Below the pieces are notes generated by a model, which did not search any database, was not told the origin of the DNA, and was given only the letters and a program-made list of their open reading frames with translations. From NCBI GenBank assembly GCA_964014485.1, contig CAXHAT010000003.1, positions 1-64,000 of the forward strand: a stretch of 64,000 bases of DNA. Direction: 5' to 3'. The position numbers and the translations under genes were made by a program. Shown piece after piece: positions 50,122 to 60,410 of this stretch (its first letter is position 1; every line of letters begins with the position of its first letter). This stretch comes from an uncultured Deferribacteres bacterium. Lineage in GTDB: Bacteria > Zhuqueibacterota > Zhuqueibacteria > Zhuqueibacterales > Geothermadaptataceae.

Positions 50122-51765
50122 CTACCCCAAATTCCTGCCTGTATTGATCACGTTCACGTCATTAAAGCGTGTGGTGGCGCAGCCGTGCGAGACGGCGCTG
50201 ATTTGTCCGGGCTGACCTTTGCCGTCGAAGAACGAGCCGCCGAGACGGTAATCGCTCTCGTCACAAATGGCGGTGCAGGAATTCCAGAATTCTTGCGTGT
50301 TTGACTGGTAGGCGACGTCATCGAGCATACCGACGATTTTGCCGTCCTTTATTTCATAAAAAAGCTGCCCGCCGAACTGAAAATTGTAGCGCTGTTGGTC
50401 GATTGAGTACGAGCCGCGCCCATGAATATAAATGCCTTTCTCCACGTCCTTGATCATATCGGCCACGGAAAGTTTTTGTTTACCCGCCGCTAAAGAAACG
50501 TTCGGCATTCTTTGAAATTGCACTGAGCTCCAATCATCGGCGTAGCAGCAGCCATGAGATGCTTCTTCGCCAATAATGTGCGCCTGATCACGGATCGCCT
50601 GATAATTAACCAAAATGCCGTCCTTAACCAAATCCCAGCGTTTGCATTTCACGCCCTCGTCGTCCCAGCCGTTTGCGCCGAGGGAGCCGTGCTGCGTTTT
50701 GTCGGCAAAAAAGTTGACAATGTCGCTGCCGTATTGAAAAGATTTGGATTCCCACTTGTCCAACGTCGCGAAGCTGGTGCCTGCGTAATTGGCTTCATAA
50801 CCCAAAACGCGATCCAATTCAAGCGGGTGCCCAACAGATTCATGAATGGTCAAAAACAGGTGCGTCGGGTCGAGAACTAGATCGTATTTTCCCGGCTCAA
50901 CGGATTTCGCCTTGAGCTTTTCCTGCGCTTGTTTGGCGGCCAAAGCCGCGTCTTCCAAAATGTCGTAGTTGAGACCGTAGTGCGCGGTCACGTCGCCGCC
51001 GGTTGCGTATTTTGACGATGCTTTCGGCTCCATATATTCGTAGCCCAAGCCGATTGGCGCGCAGAAAGAATTGCGCGTCTTGAATTTGCCGGTCGATTTG
51101 TCGATGGCCGTTACAGTGAACGGACACCAAATACGATGCAGGTCTTGATCGCAGTAGGTGCCTTCGGTCGAGGCGAAATACTTTTGTTCATTCACCAGGA
51201 AAAGCTGCGAATTGACGAAATTGGCGCCGTTTTCCATTGCCATATGATTGGCTTCCAGCAGCAAATCCACTTTTTCAGAAATGGGGACTTCGAAGGCGTT
51301 TTTTTGAATCGGCGTTTTCCAGGAAACTTCGCCGTAGCCTTTTTCTTTGGCGAGTTGAACCGGTTCATCCTGGATCGTAGCGTTGGCTTTGGCGATGGCC
51401 GCCGCTTGTTTCGCCGCTTGGGCGATTCCTTCGGTCGTTACGTTATCAGTCGCGGAAAAGCCCCAGGTCCCTTTCGCAATCACGCGAACGCCAACGCCGA
51501 AAGATTCCGTATTCACAATGTTTTGGACTTTGTTTTCCCGGGTAAAAATCCGCTGGTTGAGATAGCGCCCGATTCGAACATCGGCGTAGGAAGCCCCGGC
51601 GCTGCGTGCGGCTTGAAGCGCGACGTCCGCCAACGCTTTTTTGTCGCCGGATGGTATCGGCGAAAGCGCACCGAATGCGGAGACAGGGTTGCCGTACAAT
51701 GGGATTGTGAGCATAGCGCCGCCAGCGCCAAGCCCGGCAAGCTTCATAAATTTGCGTCTTTTCAT
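50122..51765 (-). CDS. tldD: TldD/PmbA-family metalloprotease with a Tat-like signal
   Basis: 'GA.YADVR', 'G.WGF', HESVGH, 'DDEGV', 'RMPN', 'GKGQP.Q...VSHG'; MKRRKF N-terminus. Confidence 0.9.
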   Translation of the reverse strand: MKRRKFMKLAGLGAGGAMLTIPLYGNPVSAFGALSPIPSGDKKALADVALQAARSAGASYADVRIGRYLNQRIFTRENKVQNIVNTESFGVGVRVIAKGTWGFSATDNVTTEGIAQAAKQAAAIAKANATIQDEPVQLAKEKGYGEVSWKTPIQKNAFEVPISEKVDLLLEANHMAMENGANFVNSQLFLVNEQKYFASTEGTYCDQDLHRIWCPFTVTAIDKSTGKFKTRNSFCAPIGLGYEYMEPKASSKYATGGDVTAHYGLNYDILEDAALAAKQAQEKLKAKSVEPGKYDLVLDPTHLFLTIHESVGHPLELDRVLGYEANYAGTSFATLDKWESKSFQYGSDIVNFFADKTQHGSLGANGWDDEGVKCKRWDLVKDGILVNYQAIRDQAHIIGEEASHGCCYADDWSSVQFQRMPNVSLAAGKQKLSVADMIKDVEKGIYIHGRGSYSIDQQRYNFQFGGQLFYEIKDGKIVGMLDDVAYQSNTQEFWNSCTAICDESDYRLGGSFFDGKGQPGQISAVSHGCATTRFNDVNVINTGRNLG

Positions 51766-52007
51766 GAAGTTGTCTCCTTAACATTGGTTAGAATTTGTTC
51801 TGCGATCCATCATTTAGATTCGAGGCGGGATCGTTGTTTAAACTGTGGTTAGAGCCTGGGCCTCGTCGATGGCATGATAAGAGAATATTTTTTCACTCGT
51901 GTTCAAAATAGAATCCTACTGAATGACATGTGCAGGTTTTGACGGAGGGGTGAAAATCAAAATTCTCCCCCGCGATTTTTGAAGAGCGCGGAGGAGAATT
52001 TTTCAAA

Positions 52008-52532
52008 TTATGAAAGCGTGCCGGAGAGATAGTAGTTGCCGTAGTGCCAAATGAGAGTGGCTTTGCCTTCTTGCGAACCGTGCCCGGGCATGATGTCAAA
52101 GTAGATGTGCGCTGAGCCTTGTTCCGTCTTTTCGAACAAAGAATCGAGCTTGATGACTTTTGACATGTCAGGCTCTTGCCCGCGCGCCGGACGCCCCGGA
52201 TAAAGCGCGAGGCTCCAATCATTTTCTCCGTTCATGATGGCGCCGACGGTGTAGCTGCCTGCGGCTATCGTTGCGTCGCCGACAGTAATGTCAGCAGAGA
52301 ATTCAACAGTGCAAAAGCTTGGATTGAAAGCGCCTTTTTTCACGTTTTCAATGTGCTCCATGTTGGCCGGAGCAGTAAAATAAGACAGCTTTGTTTCAAC
52401 GTCGCCGACTTTGGTCGTCACTGTTTTTTGCAAGTGCGGATGACGGCGTGCGCTTGCCTGATCGATCGTCAGAGCAATTCCAGCAACGGCTAGGGTTAGT
52501 GTTGCGACTAAAACTTTGTTCTTTCTGAGCAT
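52008..52532 (-). CDS. Secreted DUF2911-like protein
   Basis: Signal peptide; 'VEFS.DITVG...I.AGSY...W.L'. Confidence 0.5.
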   Translation of the reverse strand: MLRKNKVLVATLTLAVAGIALTIDQASARRHPHLQKTVTTKVGDVETKLSYFTAPANMEHIENVKKGAFNPSFCTVEFSADITVGDATIAAGSYTVGAIMNGENDWSLALYPGRPARGQEPDMSKVIKLDSLFEKTEQGSAHIYFDIMPGHGSQEGKATLIWHYGNYYLSGTLS

Positions 52533-52686
52533 AAGTCCTCCTTAAAAATAAGAAAGTTATTCATGACGGCGCATACGCAAACTAAAAGAAAGACCAGGCG
52601 CACGCAATGAATGTTCAACCGAACTATACTTAACTTTCTGCAAAGAACACAGCGGATTCGCAGAAGAAGCAACTTTTTTTGAACGC

Positions 52687-54816
52687 CTACTCGGCGGGAA
52701 AACTGTGAATTGGCGAAATGTATTTTCGCCACCACTTCAATTCCTGGTCATAGCGATGCACCATGTTCCAGGGCGTCCAGCCGCCGTGGTACATGTCGGG
52801 ATAGCGTACAAAGCGGGCCGGAACGCGATTCTTTTTCAGGGCGACGTACATTTGCTCGGCTTCTTCAATCGGAACGCGCAAATCGGCCTCGCCGTGAATG
52901 AATAGGGTCGGCGTGGCCACGTTTCCGGCGTAAATAATTGGCGAGTATTTCAAGAGCAATTCGCGGCCTTGCTTTTCCCAGGGCGGGCCGAAAAATTCAC
53001 TTTCCTTTGTGCGCGGAATGTCCGCCACGCCATAATCACTGATCCAATTGGAAATCGATGCGCCTGCGACGGCTGCCTTGAATCGGCGCGTTTGGGTGAT
53101 AATCCAATTGGTCATGAATCCGCCGTAAGAATATCCCGTCACGCCCAAGCGATTCGCGTCAACCGGATAGCTTTTTAAAACATGATCGACGCCGGCCATC
53201 AAGTCTTCATAATCAAGCTTGCCCCACCCGCCCCACGTAGCCCAGCGAAACTTTTCGCCATAACCGACGGAGGCGCGCGGATTGATGTAGAGAATCACGT
53301 ACCCGGACGCGGCATAGAGATGTCTTTGAAAATTGAAGTTGTTGCCGTAAGCGCCGTGTGGTCCGCCGTGGATTTGGAGGATCATCGGGTATGGGCCGCC
53401 TAGCTGACTGTAATCCGGCGGGAAATGCAGCCAGCCCTGGATTTTTGTACCATCCTTGCTCTTAAACTCGATTTGACGCACTTTGCCGATCTCTCGGTTG
53501 CCCAGAAATTCGGCGTTGTTGTTTGTGATCTTCGCTTCGAAGGAGCCGTCAAGATTCGCGGATTTGATTTCGCCCGGACTTTCTGGGGTCGTTGCCTGGT
53601 AAGCCATTCTAGGATATTCGCTCGCAAAGCTGAAGTCGGACAACCACCTTTCGCCTTCGGTAAGTTGCTGAATCTCTCCGCCGCCCGTCGGAACGCTAAA
53701 CAAATGTCGATTGCCTTTTGTTACTGCTGAAAATAGAATTTGCCTGCCGTCGGAACGCCAGACTGGGTTGGATGGAATCAAATCCCAATCGGCCGTCATG
53801 TTATCAGGGCCGCCACCGCCCGCGGAAAGCCAAAAAACGTCGGTTGGTGAGCCGTAGTTTTGTTTTCGAGCAATGATTTCGTTTAAGCTTTCATACCCCA
53901 AAACCGCGATTGCCGTGCCGTCGGGCGACCATGCCGGATTGAAGTAGTGGTAAGCGTCCTCCGTTAATCTGTGCACTTTTCCGTTTATATCGACCATCCA
54001 CAAGTCAGCTCGCTCATAAGACAATTCATCGCGCTGATACACGTCCGCCGTGAAAGCTAAGGCGGTGCTGCTAGGTTGCCATGTAACGCCTCGAACGTCG
54101 ACGCCCATTTCCGTCAACCGTCGCGCTTCGCCGCCTGCTCTGGGTAAAAGAAAAACTTCCAGGGACGGCGTCGCGTCCGGGTCGCGCGGATCGTTTAAAT
54201 ATCCTCTGCGGTCAAACCGGAAGTTCATCCAATCATAAATGCGTCCTTCAAATCGCGAAGCCAACAGTTTTTCTCGTTCAGTTTTTGGGAATGCTCGTTG
54301 AGGTTCCAGGCGTTTTGTAAACGCAATCCATTTGTTATCGGGGCTAAAAATCGGGGCGCCTTCAAGGCCGGGAATCTGGTACGCTTCGCCCGGCGTGCCG
54401 TCCATTTTAAGGAACCAATATTTTGTTTTGCTCTGCTCAGCACTCCCGTCGACTTTTCTTGTTGATTCGAACGCGAGCAGAACGCCGTCCGGGCTCCATC
54501 TGGGATTGACGGCGTTAAATGCCGGGGTGGTGAGGCGTATCGGGGAGTGAGAGCCGTCTACTGGCGCAAGCCAAATTTCAGAACGTCTTCTATTTTCCGC
54601 TTCGAGAATTCTGGTTTTAACATAAGCGACGCGTTTACCGTCGGGGGAAATAGCGGGGGAGCTTACGCGCTCAATGGCGTAATAGTCCTCAAGTTTAATC
54701 GCTTGTTTGCTTGTTTGGGAATGCGCCGAGACGATTCCGCCAAAGACCGCTAAAATACAAATGCCGATGAGCGGGATTGTGCGGAGTTTTGCACCAAAAG
54801 CACTGAGCGTTTTCAT
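52687..54816 (-). CDS. S9 family peptidase
   Basis: WSPDG repeats, IHGGPH, GYSYGG, DLRVP, YHG. Confidence 0.92.
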   Translation of the reverse strand: MKTLSAFGAKLRTIPLIGICILAVFGGIVSAHSQTSKQAIKLEDYYAIERVSSPAISPDGKRVAYVKTRILEAENRRRSEIWLAPVDGSHSPIRLTTPAFNAVNPRWSPDGVLLAFESTRKVDGSAEQSKTKYWFLKMDGTPGEAYQIPGLEGAPIFSPDNKWIAFTKRLEPQRAFPKTEREKLLASRFEGRIYDWMNFRFDRRGYLNDPRDPDATPSLEVFLLPRAGGEARRLTEMGVDVRGVTWQPSSTALAFTADVYQRDELSYERADLWMVDINGKVHRLTEDAYHYFNPAWSPDGTAIAVLGYESLNEIIARKQNYGSPTDVFWLSAGGGGPDNMTADWDLIPSNPVWRSDGRQILFSAVTKGNRHLFSVPTGGGEIQQLTEGERWLSDFSFASEYPRMAYQATTPESPGEIKSANLDGSFEAKITNNNAEFLGNREIGKVRQIEFKSKDGTKIQGWLHFPPDYSQLGGPYPMILQIHGGPHGAYGNNFNFQRHLYAASGYVILYINPRASVGYGEKFRWATWGGWGKLDYEDLMAGVDHVLKSYPVDANRLGVTGYSYGGFMTNWIITQTRRFKAAVAGASISNWISDYGVADIPRTKESEFFGPPWEKQGRELLLKYSPIIYAGNVATPTLFIHGEADLRVPIEEAEQMYVALKKNRVPARFVRYPDMYHGGWTPWNMVHRYDQELKWWRKYISPIHSFPAE

Positions 54817-55121
54817 TATTCACCTCCTTGGTAAGGCGAGCAAGTTGTGAAACGTGGTTGTCCCCCAAGAACATGAAATTTGATTGTCCTGAACGAATTT
54901 GATCGTGGTTGGTATTGGAAAGCTAAAAACGGGTGGAAGGTGAGAAGAGCGTAAACGATGCGCACGACCCAAGATATAACATTCAATTTCCCGTAGAGCC
55001 GATTCGCATCGATCATGATGAGCATCGTTTTGAGCAAGAAGCAGTTTGTTAGTTAGGAATCAAAGGAAAGTCTCCTTAACGTGCCATCCACAATCCTTAT
55101 AAGTGACATTTGCATCAAAAT

Positions 55122-55156
55122 AAAAAGCGATTCTACTCTAGCAAGCAGAATCGCTT
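55122..55156 (-). terminator. Intrinsic terminator after the sigma factor gene
   Basis: AAGCGATTCT..AGAATCGCTT hairpin with a U-tract on the minus strand. Confidence 0.6.
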
Positions 55157-55213
55157 CGTCGTTAAAAATACGAAATTGTACGCTCATGTTCGGGCTTTCA
55201 AGTGAGTGTGATT

Positions 55214-55906
55214 TTAATACCTTTTTTCCGAAGCGGAGAGTTCGTTTTTAACGATGTTTTTTAGCCGCGTGACGATATTCCCGATACGTTTCGCTGAAAG
55301 ATCGAACTGTTTTTGCTCTGCGATCTCTTTCGCGGTAAAACCATAAAAAACGCTTAACTTAAACAAAAGCTTGTCTCGACTTTGTGATTTTTCACTCACA
55401 GCCTTTTCAAGAATAAGTTCGATTTCCTCTTTGAGTTGCTGAACTTGCAATTCGTTCTGCAAGTCGCATGAAAATGACTGCGCAACGTCTATAATGTAAA
55501 AAAACTCCTTATTCCCAAAACGGCCCAACGGCGCAAAAATTGAATCTGTCACAGGCAGATTGCTTTTTCGCTTTGTCCTGGTGTGATAATTACGCACGCA
55601 ATTCATCGCAATCATCGTCAGATACGCGTGAATAGAATTGTCGTTTTGGCCCCTGAATGATCTCAAGGCGCGAAATTCGTTTGCCACTAGTTTGACATAA
55701 ACGTCCTGCACCAAATCTTCAAAAACGTCTTCAAAGTTCAATTCTGATTTTTCGATATGCTTGCGAATACATTCACGCTTGACATTAACCTTGATGGTCT
55801 TGTCATAGCGTGAGACAAACTCGTTCCATGCGGGAGCGGAATCTTTGTTTTGAATGCAATACTGAATGAGACTATTGTTGTCGAATTTGGAGAAATCAGT
55901 GATCAT
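55214..55906 (-). CDS. ECF-like sigma-70 family RNA polymerase sigma factor
   Basis: 'AWNEFV.RY', 'EDLVQDVYVKL', 'YL..IA.N', region 4 'G.TAKEIA'. Confidence 0.8.
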   Translation of the reverse strand: MITDFSKFDNNSLIQYCIQNKDSAPAWNEFVSRYDKTIKVNVKRECIRKHIEKSELNFEDVFEDLVQDVYVKLVANEFRALRSFRGQNDNSIHAYLTMIAMNCVRNYHTRTKRKSNLPVTDSIFAPLGRFGNKEFFYIIDVAQSFSCDLQNELQVQQLKEEIELILEKAVSEKSQSRDKLLFKLSVFYGFTAKEIAEQKQFDLSAKRIGNIVTRLKNIVKNELSASEKRY

Positions 55907-56232
55907 AGCAGCACGATGGGGTAGGAAGTGTGCATTAATTGCAATTCAACATCACGTGAAGCAGCGACTTCATTTCAAAACATCGCTTGGCAAAAAGGTA
56001 ATCTCAATGTAGTCAATTTATGCAACTATAAACAGGGCGATCCCCCCAGTCGCCCCGATTTATAGTTTTATTTATCGTTTGCATTGAATTGATTCTATAT
56101 GAGTTATTCGGATTTGCTGCTAAATAATAATGGATAATGATTCTTAACATAAACTTTTTGACAAATTTTTTTGAGGTGATTCCCTTAATAGTTTTGCATT
56201 TTTTGCGTTAACTATTACGTTGAAAGATTTTG

Positions 56233-56260
56233 TTGACATTGTTGGGCAAAAGTTTATATT
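56233..56260 (+). promoter_or_regulatory. Sigma70-type promoter of tRNA-Asn
   Basis: TTGACA-16 bp-TATATT ending 14 bp before the tRNA. Confidence 0.7.
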
Positions 56261-56274
56261 TAGGCTCTCGAAAT

Positions 56275-56347
56275 TCCCGAGTAGCTCAACCGGCAGAGCG
56301 GGTGGCTGTTAACCACTAGGTTGTAGGTTCGAGTCCTACCTCGGGAG
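56275..56347 (+). tRNA. tRNA-Asn(GTT), no encoded CCA
   Basis: Acceptor TCCCGAG/CTCGGGA, D arm GCTC..GAGC, anticodon loop CT-GTT-AA, GGTTCGAGTCC; followed by CAT rather than CCA. Confidence 0.95.
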
Positions 56348-57892
56348 CATAATAGGACGTGGGTCAGCTTTTTTCGGAAGGCTGGCCTTTTTTGTTTGAT
56401 ATTCTCTGTTCGTAACCGCAAGAATATCAAATGGTTGTGTGTATGTGGGGATCAGCTTGCCATGCTTCCACAGCGAGTTCGAGAATACAAAATTTAACAG
56501 CTTTCGTTTCTCCTCCATTTCCTGTTTTTCGTATAATTGTACGGCTTTTTGAGACAATTCTAGAATTTGAGCGCCATCATCGAGATAGGATTTGTTGGCG
56601 TTTTCATATTTTGCAATTTTTTGAAGGATTTTGGCTTGCTCCACTCTCCATTCTTCGCTTTTGCTTTTGAAAAATTCCTGCGTGATATTGCCATCAAGTT
56701 TGTCGACATACATCGCGTCAACGCGATTTTGAAGCAGCTTGTATCTTAGTTGCAGTTTTTCGATCATCTCGTCGTGAAATTTTTTCTCATCCTTATGACT
56801 TTCTTTTAAGGCTGTTACAACCCAATCCAAAACTTCGGCATCCATTCTGATAGCCCGTAATGCCTGTGCAAATTGCCTTGCCAACTCCTCTTCACGAACA
56901 AACTTTTCCGGACATTTGCCTTTACTGCCTGTGCAATGATAGTAAATGTACTTCTTTTTCTGAATTTCAGCCGTCAGTGTGCAGCCGCAATGACCGCAAC
57001 TTACAAGGCCCTGAAAAGCCCAACGATGCTTCTGTTGTCGGGTCTTCCGTCGTCCCTTGATCTCCAACACATTTTGAACTTTCTCGAATAGTTCTTTCTG
57101 AATGATCGGCTCATGCACGCCTTCATAAAGCTTGCCCGTCCACTTAAATTCTCCGTGATAAATCGGATTCTTCAAAATTTTATGCACGATACTTTTGTGA
57201 ACCGTCTTATCCGTATTTCGATAAGTCATGCCTGCCGCAACGGCCTTATGGGTCACTTGCTTCAGCGAGTAATTACCGGTTGCATACCACTCGAAGAGTT
57301 TTCTGATCATGGGAGCAACAGCAGGATCAGGTTGAATGATACGCTTGCCGTTGCATGTGACATTGATGTAACCAAGCGGTGCGTGACCGGGATAAATGCC
57401 TTGTTGCGCTTTTTCAAGCATTCCTTTCTTGGTCTCTTCTGAAAGATTGTCAATATAGTTTTTCGCCATCAGTACTTTGATGCCGTGAATCAGCTTTTCC
57501 GATGAACGTGAATCGTTCGAAAGAATGCAATTCTCTTTCACGAAATGAATTTCTAAATCCAACTCGTCAAGCGTCACCCAATCTTTCAGATTTCTGTATA
57601 GCCTGTCCGTCTTCTCAACCAGAATGGTTCTGCAAGGCTCGGCTATACTCTTGTTCCTGATTTGTTTTCGGAGATAATTCACCATAGCTGAGAAATTTGT
57701 TCGTCCAGATCGCTTGGCAGTTTCGACATCGACGTACTTCTGAGCGATGATGAAGCCCTTTTCAGTCGCATATGAGTTAAGCAGTTTTAATTGCGAAGGG
57801 ATTGAATAACCTTCTTTTTCCTGCTCTTTTGATGATACGCGAGCATAAATCACCGCGTTTGGACGCTGTAATGCGCTACTCGAATTCTTCAT
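56336..57892 (-). CDS. Large serine recombinase (integrase)
   Basis: YARVSS, 'KTDRL.RN', 'PLGY', 'G.HEPII', Zn ribbon CGHCG..YYHC..C, coiled coil. Confidence 0.93.
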   Translation of the reverse strand: MKNSSSALQRPNAVIYARVSSKEQEKEGYSIPSQLKLLNSYATEKGFIIAQKYVDVETAKRSGRTNFSAMVNYLRKQIRNKSIAEPCRTILVEKTDRLYRNLKDWVTLDELDLEIHFVKENCILSNDSRSSEKLIHGIKVLMAKNYIDNLSEETKKGMLEKAQQGIYPGHAPLGYINVTCNGKRIIQPDPAVAPMIRKLFEWYATGNYSLKQVTHKAVAAGMTYRNTDKTVHKSIVHKILKNPIYHGEFKWTGKLYEGVHEPIIQKELFEKVQNVLEIKGRRKTRQQKHRWAFQGLVSCGHCGCTLTAEIQKKKYIYYHCTGSKGKCPEKFVREEELARQFAQALRAIRMDAEVLDWVVTALKESHKDEKKFHDEMIEKLQLRYKLLQNRVDAMYVDKLDGNITQEFFKSKSEEWRVEQAKILQKIAKYENANKSYLDDGAQILELSQKAVQLYEKQEMEEKRKLLNFVFSNSLWKHGKLIPTYTQPFDILAVTNREYQTKKASLPKKADPRPIMLPR

Positions 57893-57896
57893 AAGC

Positions 57897-58061
57897 CTAT
57901 TTCCTTTGTTTCAAAAGCTCAGTCGTTATAAGGCTGGAGACCCATTCTTGAATAGTCGTATCCTGCTCGATGACGTATAATTTTAACTTCTTATGCACGT
58001 CTTCTGGGAGGCGCACATGAATCATTCTTTCTCTTGTTCTTTTGGATGCTTTTTTTGTCAT
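57897..58061 (-). CDS. 54-aa ribbon-helix-helix-like regulator (absent from the ORF track)
   Basis: GGAGGAG RBS; MTKKASKRTRERMIHVRLPEDVHKKLKLYVIEQDTTIQEWVSSLITTELLKQRK. Confidence 0.7.
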   Translation of the reverse strand: MTKKASKRTRERMIHVRLPEDVHKKLKLYVIEQDTTIQEWVSSLITTELLKQRK

Positions 58062-58181
58062 GAGTTTTCTCCTCCATTTTAAAAAACCGCGTTACAAATA
58101 TAACAATGTGGTCGCAAAAATTCAGCTAAAAATTTGCTACATTGTCTTGCAAAGTTCACCCAAAACAGAATTTTGTCACGG

Positions 58182-60410
58182 CTATTCGGCGTCGCTCACG
58201 CGACAGTAAGAATTCCGAACAAATTCTTTAGCCAATTTTTCAGCCTTCATACGCTCATACCCGCCATCAAATTCCAGGATTGCGGCGCGTTCGTTATACG
58301 CTTCCCGCCATTTATCCGGCCACGTTTCATACTTATCAGGCAAAGTCGTGATTTCGACCTGATGATTCGTTTTTTTACTACCGACACGAGTGATTTTCGC
58401 AGGAGGGGGTTTGTACCTTCCGGTTTCGTTTGCAACCCTGCAACCCTTAAGCTGTTCAACAGTAGGCAAGAGACTTGATTTTTCAGGTAGAGGGTCGCCG
58501 ATCACTAATTGTGCAGCTCGGCCTTTGCGACTTTCAAGATTCTTCAAATAGCCATGCTCAATGGCGACGTGAGTTCGTCGCAGGGTTGTTGATTTATCTA
58601 AAGACAGCTTTTGGGATAACGCTTTAATGGTGACGGAATCTTCTTTATGCTCGATGAGTTCTTGCACCGCTTCTACTGTCTCTCTGACCGTTGCGGAAAC
58701 CGAGACTTCAATGCCTTCCGCGAGTATGTTGACAATCAATTCACGAACAGATGTATAATCCTGGAAAGTCGCGATAATGTCTCCATCTTCATTACGTTCT
58801 CGGTTGACCTGATGGAGTAAAGCGTGAGACTTTATCAGGTTCAAAAGCAATGAAAAGTCGCGACGCAGCCTCAATGCAACCGGCGGGATCAAGGCGGCAA
58901 GATCGCGCGCATATGGAATTTTTACTTTATGCTCTGCCAATTCAAGCCATTCCTGAAAAGCAACCCAGGGTGTAAGATCGTAACTCTCTTTTCGCTCTTC
59001 CGCCAGCGCGAATAAAATTTCCCTCGTATGATCCGGCGTATCCGTGACATTTACGGTAAGAAATCGCGTCTCATTTTCAGGATGCAGGCGAACGGCAGTC
59101 GTCGTGACAATCAACCCGGTTGGCCCTTCACGAACGATCATCCTGGCTCTCAATCCTTTTGACGTCTTTTCCACCGTCTCGTAACGAACCCGCCCCTCGC
59201 TCAACAATGATCTGATCAAGTACGTCGCAAATTCACCTTTCATTCCCGCAGCTTCATAAATGACGAGGAAACGATGCTCAAGCGGCTCCGTCGAATAGGC
59301 CAATGCACGTTCACTCATCCCGCTCAAAGCATAAAAAGCACTGTCAGGAAATAATTTGAGCACACGGTCTACAAGATAGGATTTGCCTCCAGAGCTCGGG
59401 CCTTTGACAGAAACTGAAACAGGCCTCTGAAGAAATCGGCTGGTAACGGCCAAATAAAGAAGTTTAGCATGACGGGATTCTCCCACCATTCCGATTTTGC
59501 TGAGAACGTCAGTCAATAAACCGAGAATGGAATCAGCTTCCGCCAGATGCCGGCATTGATGCCAAAGCGCCTGTATTTTTTCTTCTCTCTCGCGTTGTTC
59601 AATTTCAGACCACGGTGCTGCGATTTTAATGGCCGCTTCCCAGGCGTTTGCAAAATTTTCAGGGTTCGCCATATGGAGTTCTGAGACGTCTTTAGCGTTT
59701 TCGAACTGAATGAGCCAGATGTGATTCCGAATAGACGATTTCGTGATCCACTCGACGACCGCATCACCGCCACTGTCGGGCTCTATGATCACATAGATTT
59801 TTTCGATGCCGTCAAAATATTTCCCCCACGGCTCCTGCCAAGTATTGGCGCCCGGAAGACCAATAGCCGGAATATTGTGCAGCCACAATGTTTGTGTATC
59901 ACTCTCTCCTTCACAGAGTACGATATACCCGGTGCGTTTAGCATCAGCCATTTTCCATAATCCGTACAGCGACAGCTTCGAGCCTTTTTTCCAACGAAAT
60001 CGATTGTCATCGTCGGCAGACCTGGTTAATCCCGTGCGAAATCTGACGGCGGTCTCTTCTCCTGATTCATTGTAATATGGTATTCGCACCGCAGGTTTTC
60101 CCATGTACTTGATCTGAGTCGTCCCCAGTTTTTGTAAGAATTTGACCGGAAGTTTTTTCTTCGCGGAATAGTCGTCAAGTGTACAACCGCCCGTGGGTTG
60201 CAGGGTTGCAGTGGAATTTCCCGGGATATGCGCCCTCCCCGTTTGTGTGCGAATATGTTTCCCGCAAGCGGGATGAAAACATTTGCCGATGGCGTCATCG
60301 CTCTTTATCGAAAACTTCTTTTTACCGCAAAACGGACACTCAACTTTTTTACCTGGGCGACCTGAGATGTTATATTGATCGCGAAGAATCTGAGATACTG
60401 AGTAACTCAT
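58182..60410 (-). CDS. Zn-finger/TOPRIM primase fused to a P-loop helicase-like domain
   Basis: CPFC..CFHPAC; LCEGESD, D..G; GPSSGGKS; wHTH-like region; C-terminal 'ERAAILEFDGG'. Confidence 0.8.
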   Translation of the reverse strand: MSYSVSQILRDQYNISGRPGKKVECPFCGKKKFSIKSDDAIGKCFHPACGKHIRTQTGRAHIPGNSTATLQPTGGCTLDDYSAKKKLPVKFLQKLGTTQIKYMGKPAVRIPYYNESGEETAVRFRTGLTRSADDDNRFRWKKGSKLSLYGLWKMADAKRTGYIVLCEGESDTQTLWLHNIPAIGLPGANTWQEPWGKYFDGIEKIYVIIEPDSGGDAVVEWITKSSIRNHIWLIQFENAKDVSELHMANPENFANAWEAAIKIAAPWSEIEQREREEKIQALWHQCRHLAEADSILGLLTDVLSKIGMVGESRHAKLLYLAVTSRFLQRPVSVSVKGPSSGGKSYLVDRVLKLFPDSAFYALSGMSERALAYSTEPLEHRFLVIYEAAGMKGEFATYLIRSLLSEGRVRYETVEKTSKGLRARMIVREGPTGLIVTTTAVRLHPENETRFLTVNVTDTPDHTREILFALAEERKESYDLTPWVAFQEWLELAEHKVKIPYARDLAALIPPVALRLRRDFSLLLNLIKSHALLHQVNRERNEDGDIIATFQDYTSVRELIVNILAEGIEVSVSATVRETVEAVQELIEHKEDSVTIKALSQKLSLDKSTTLRRTHVAIEHGYLKNLESRKGRAAQLVIGDPLPEKSSLLPTVEQLKGCRVANETGRYKPPPAKITRVGSKKTNHQVEITTLPDKYETWPDKWREAYNERAAILEFDGGYERMKAEKLAKEFVRNSYCRVSDAE

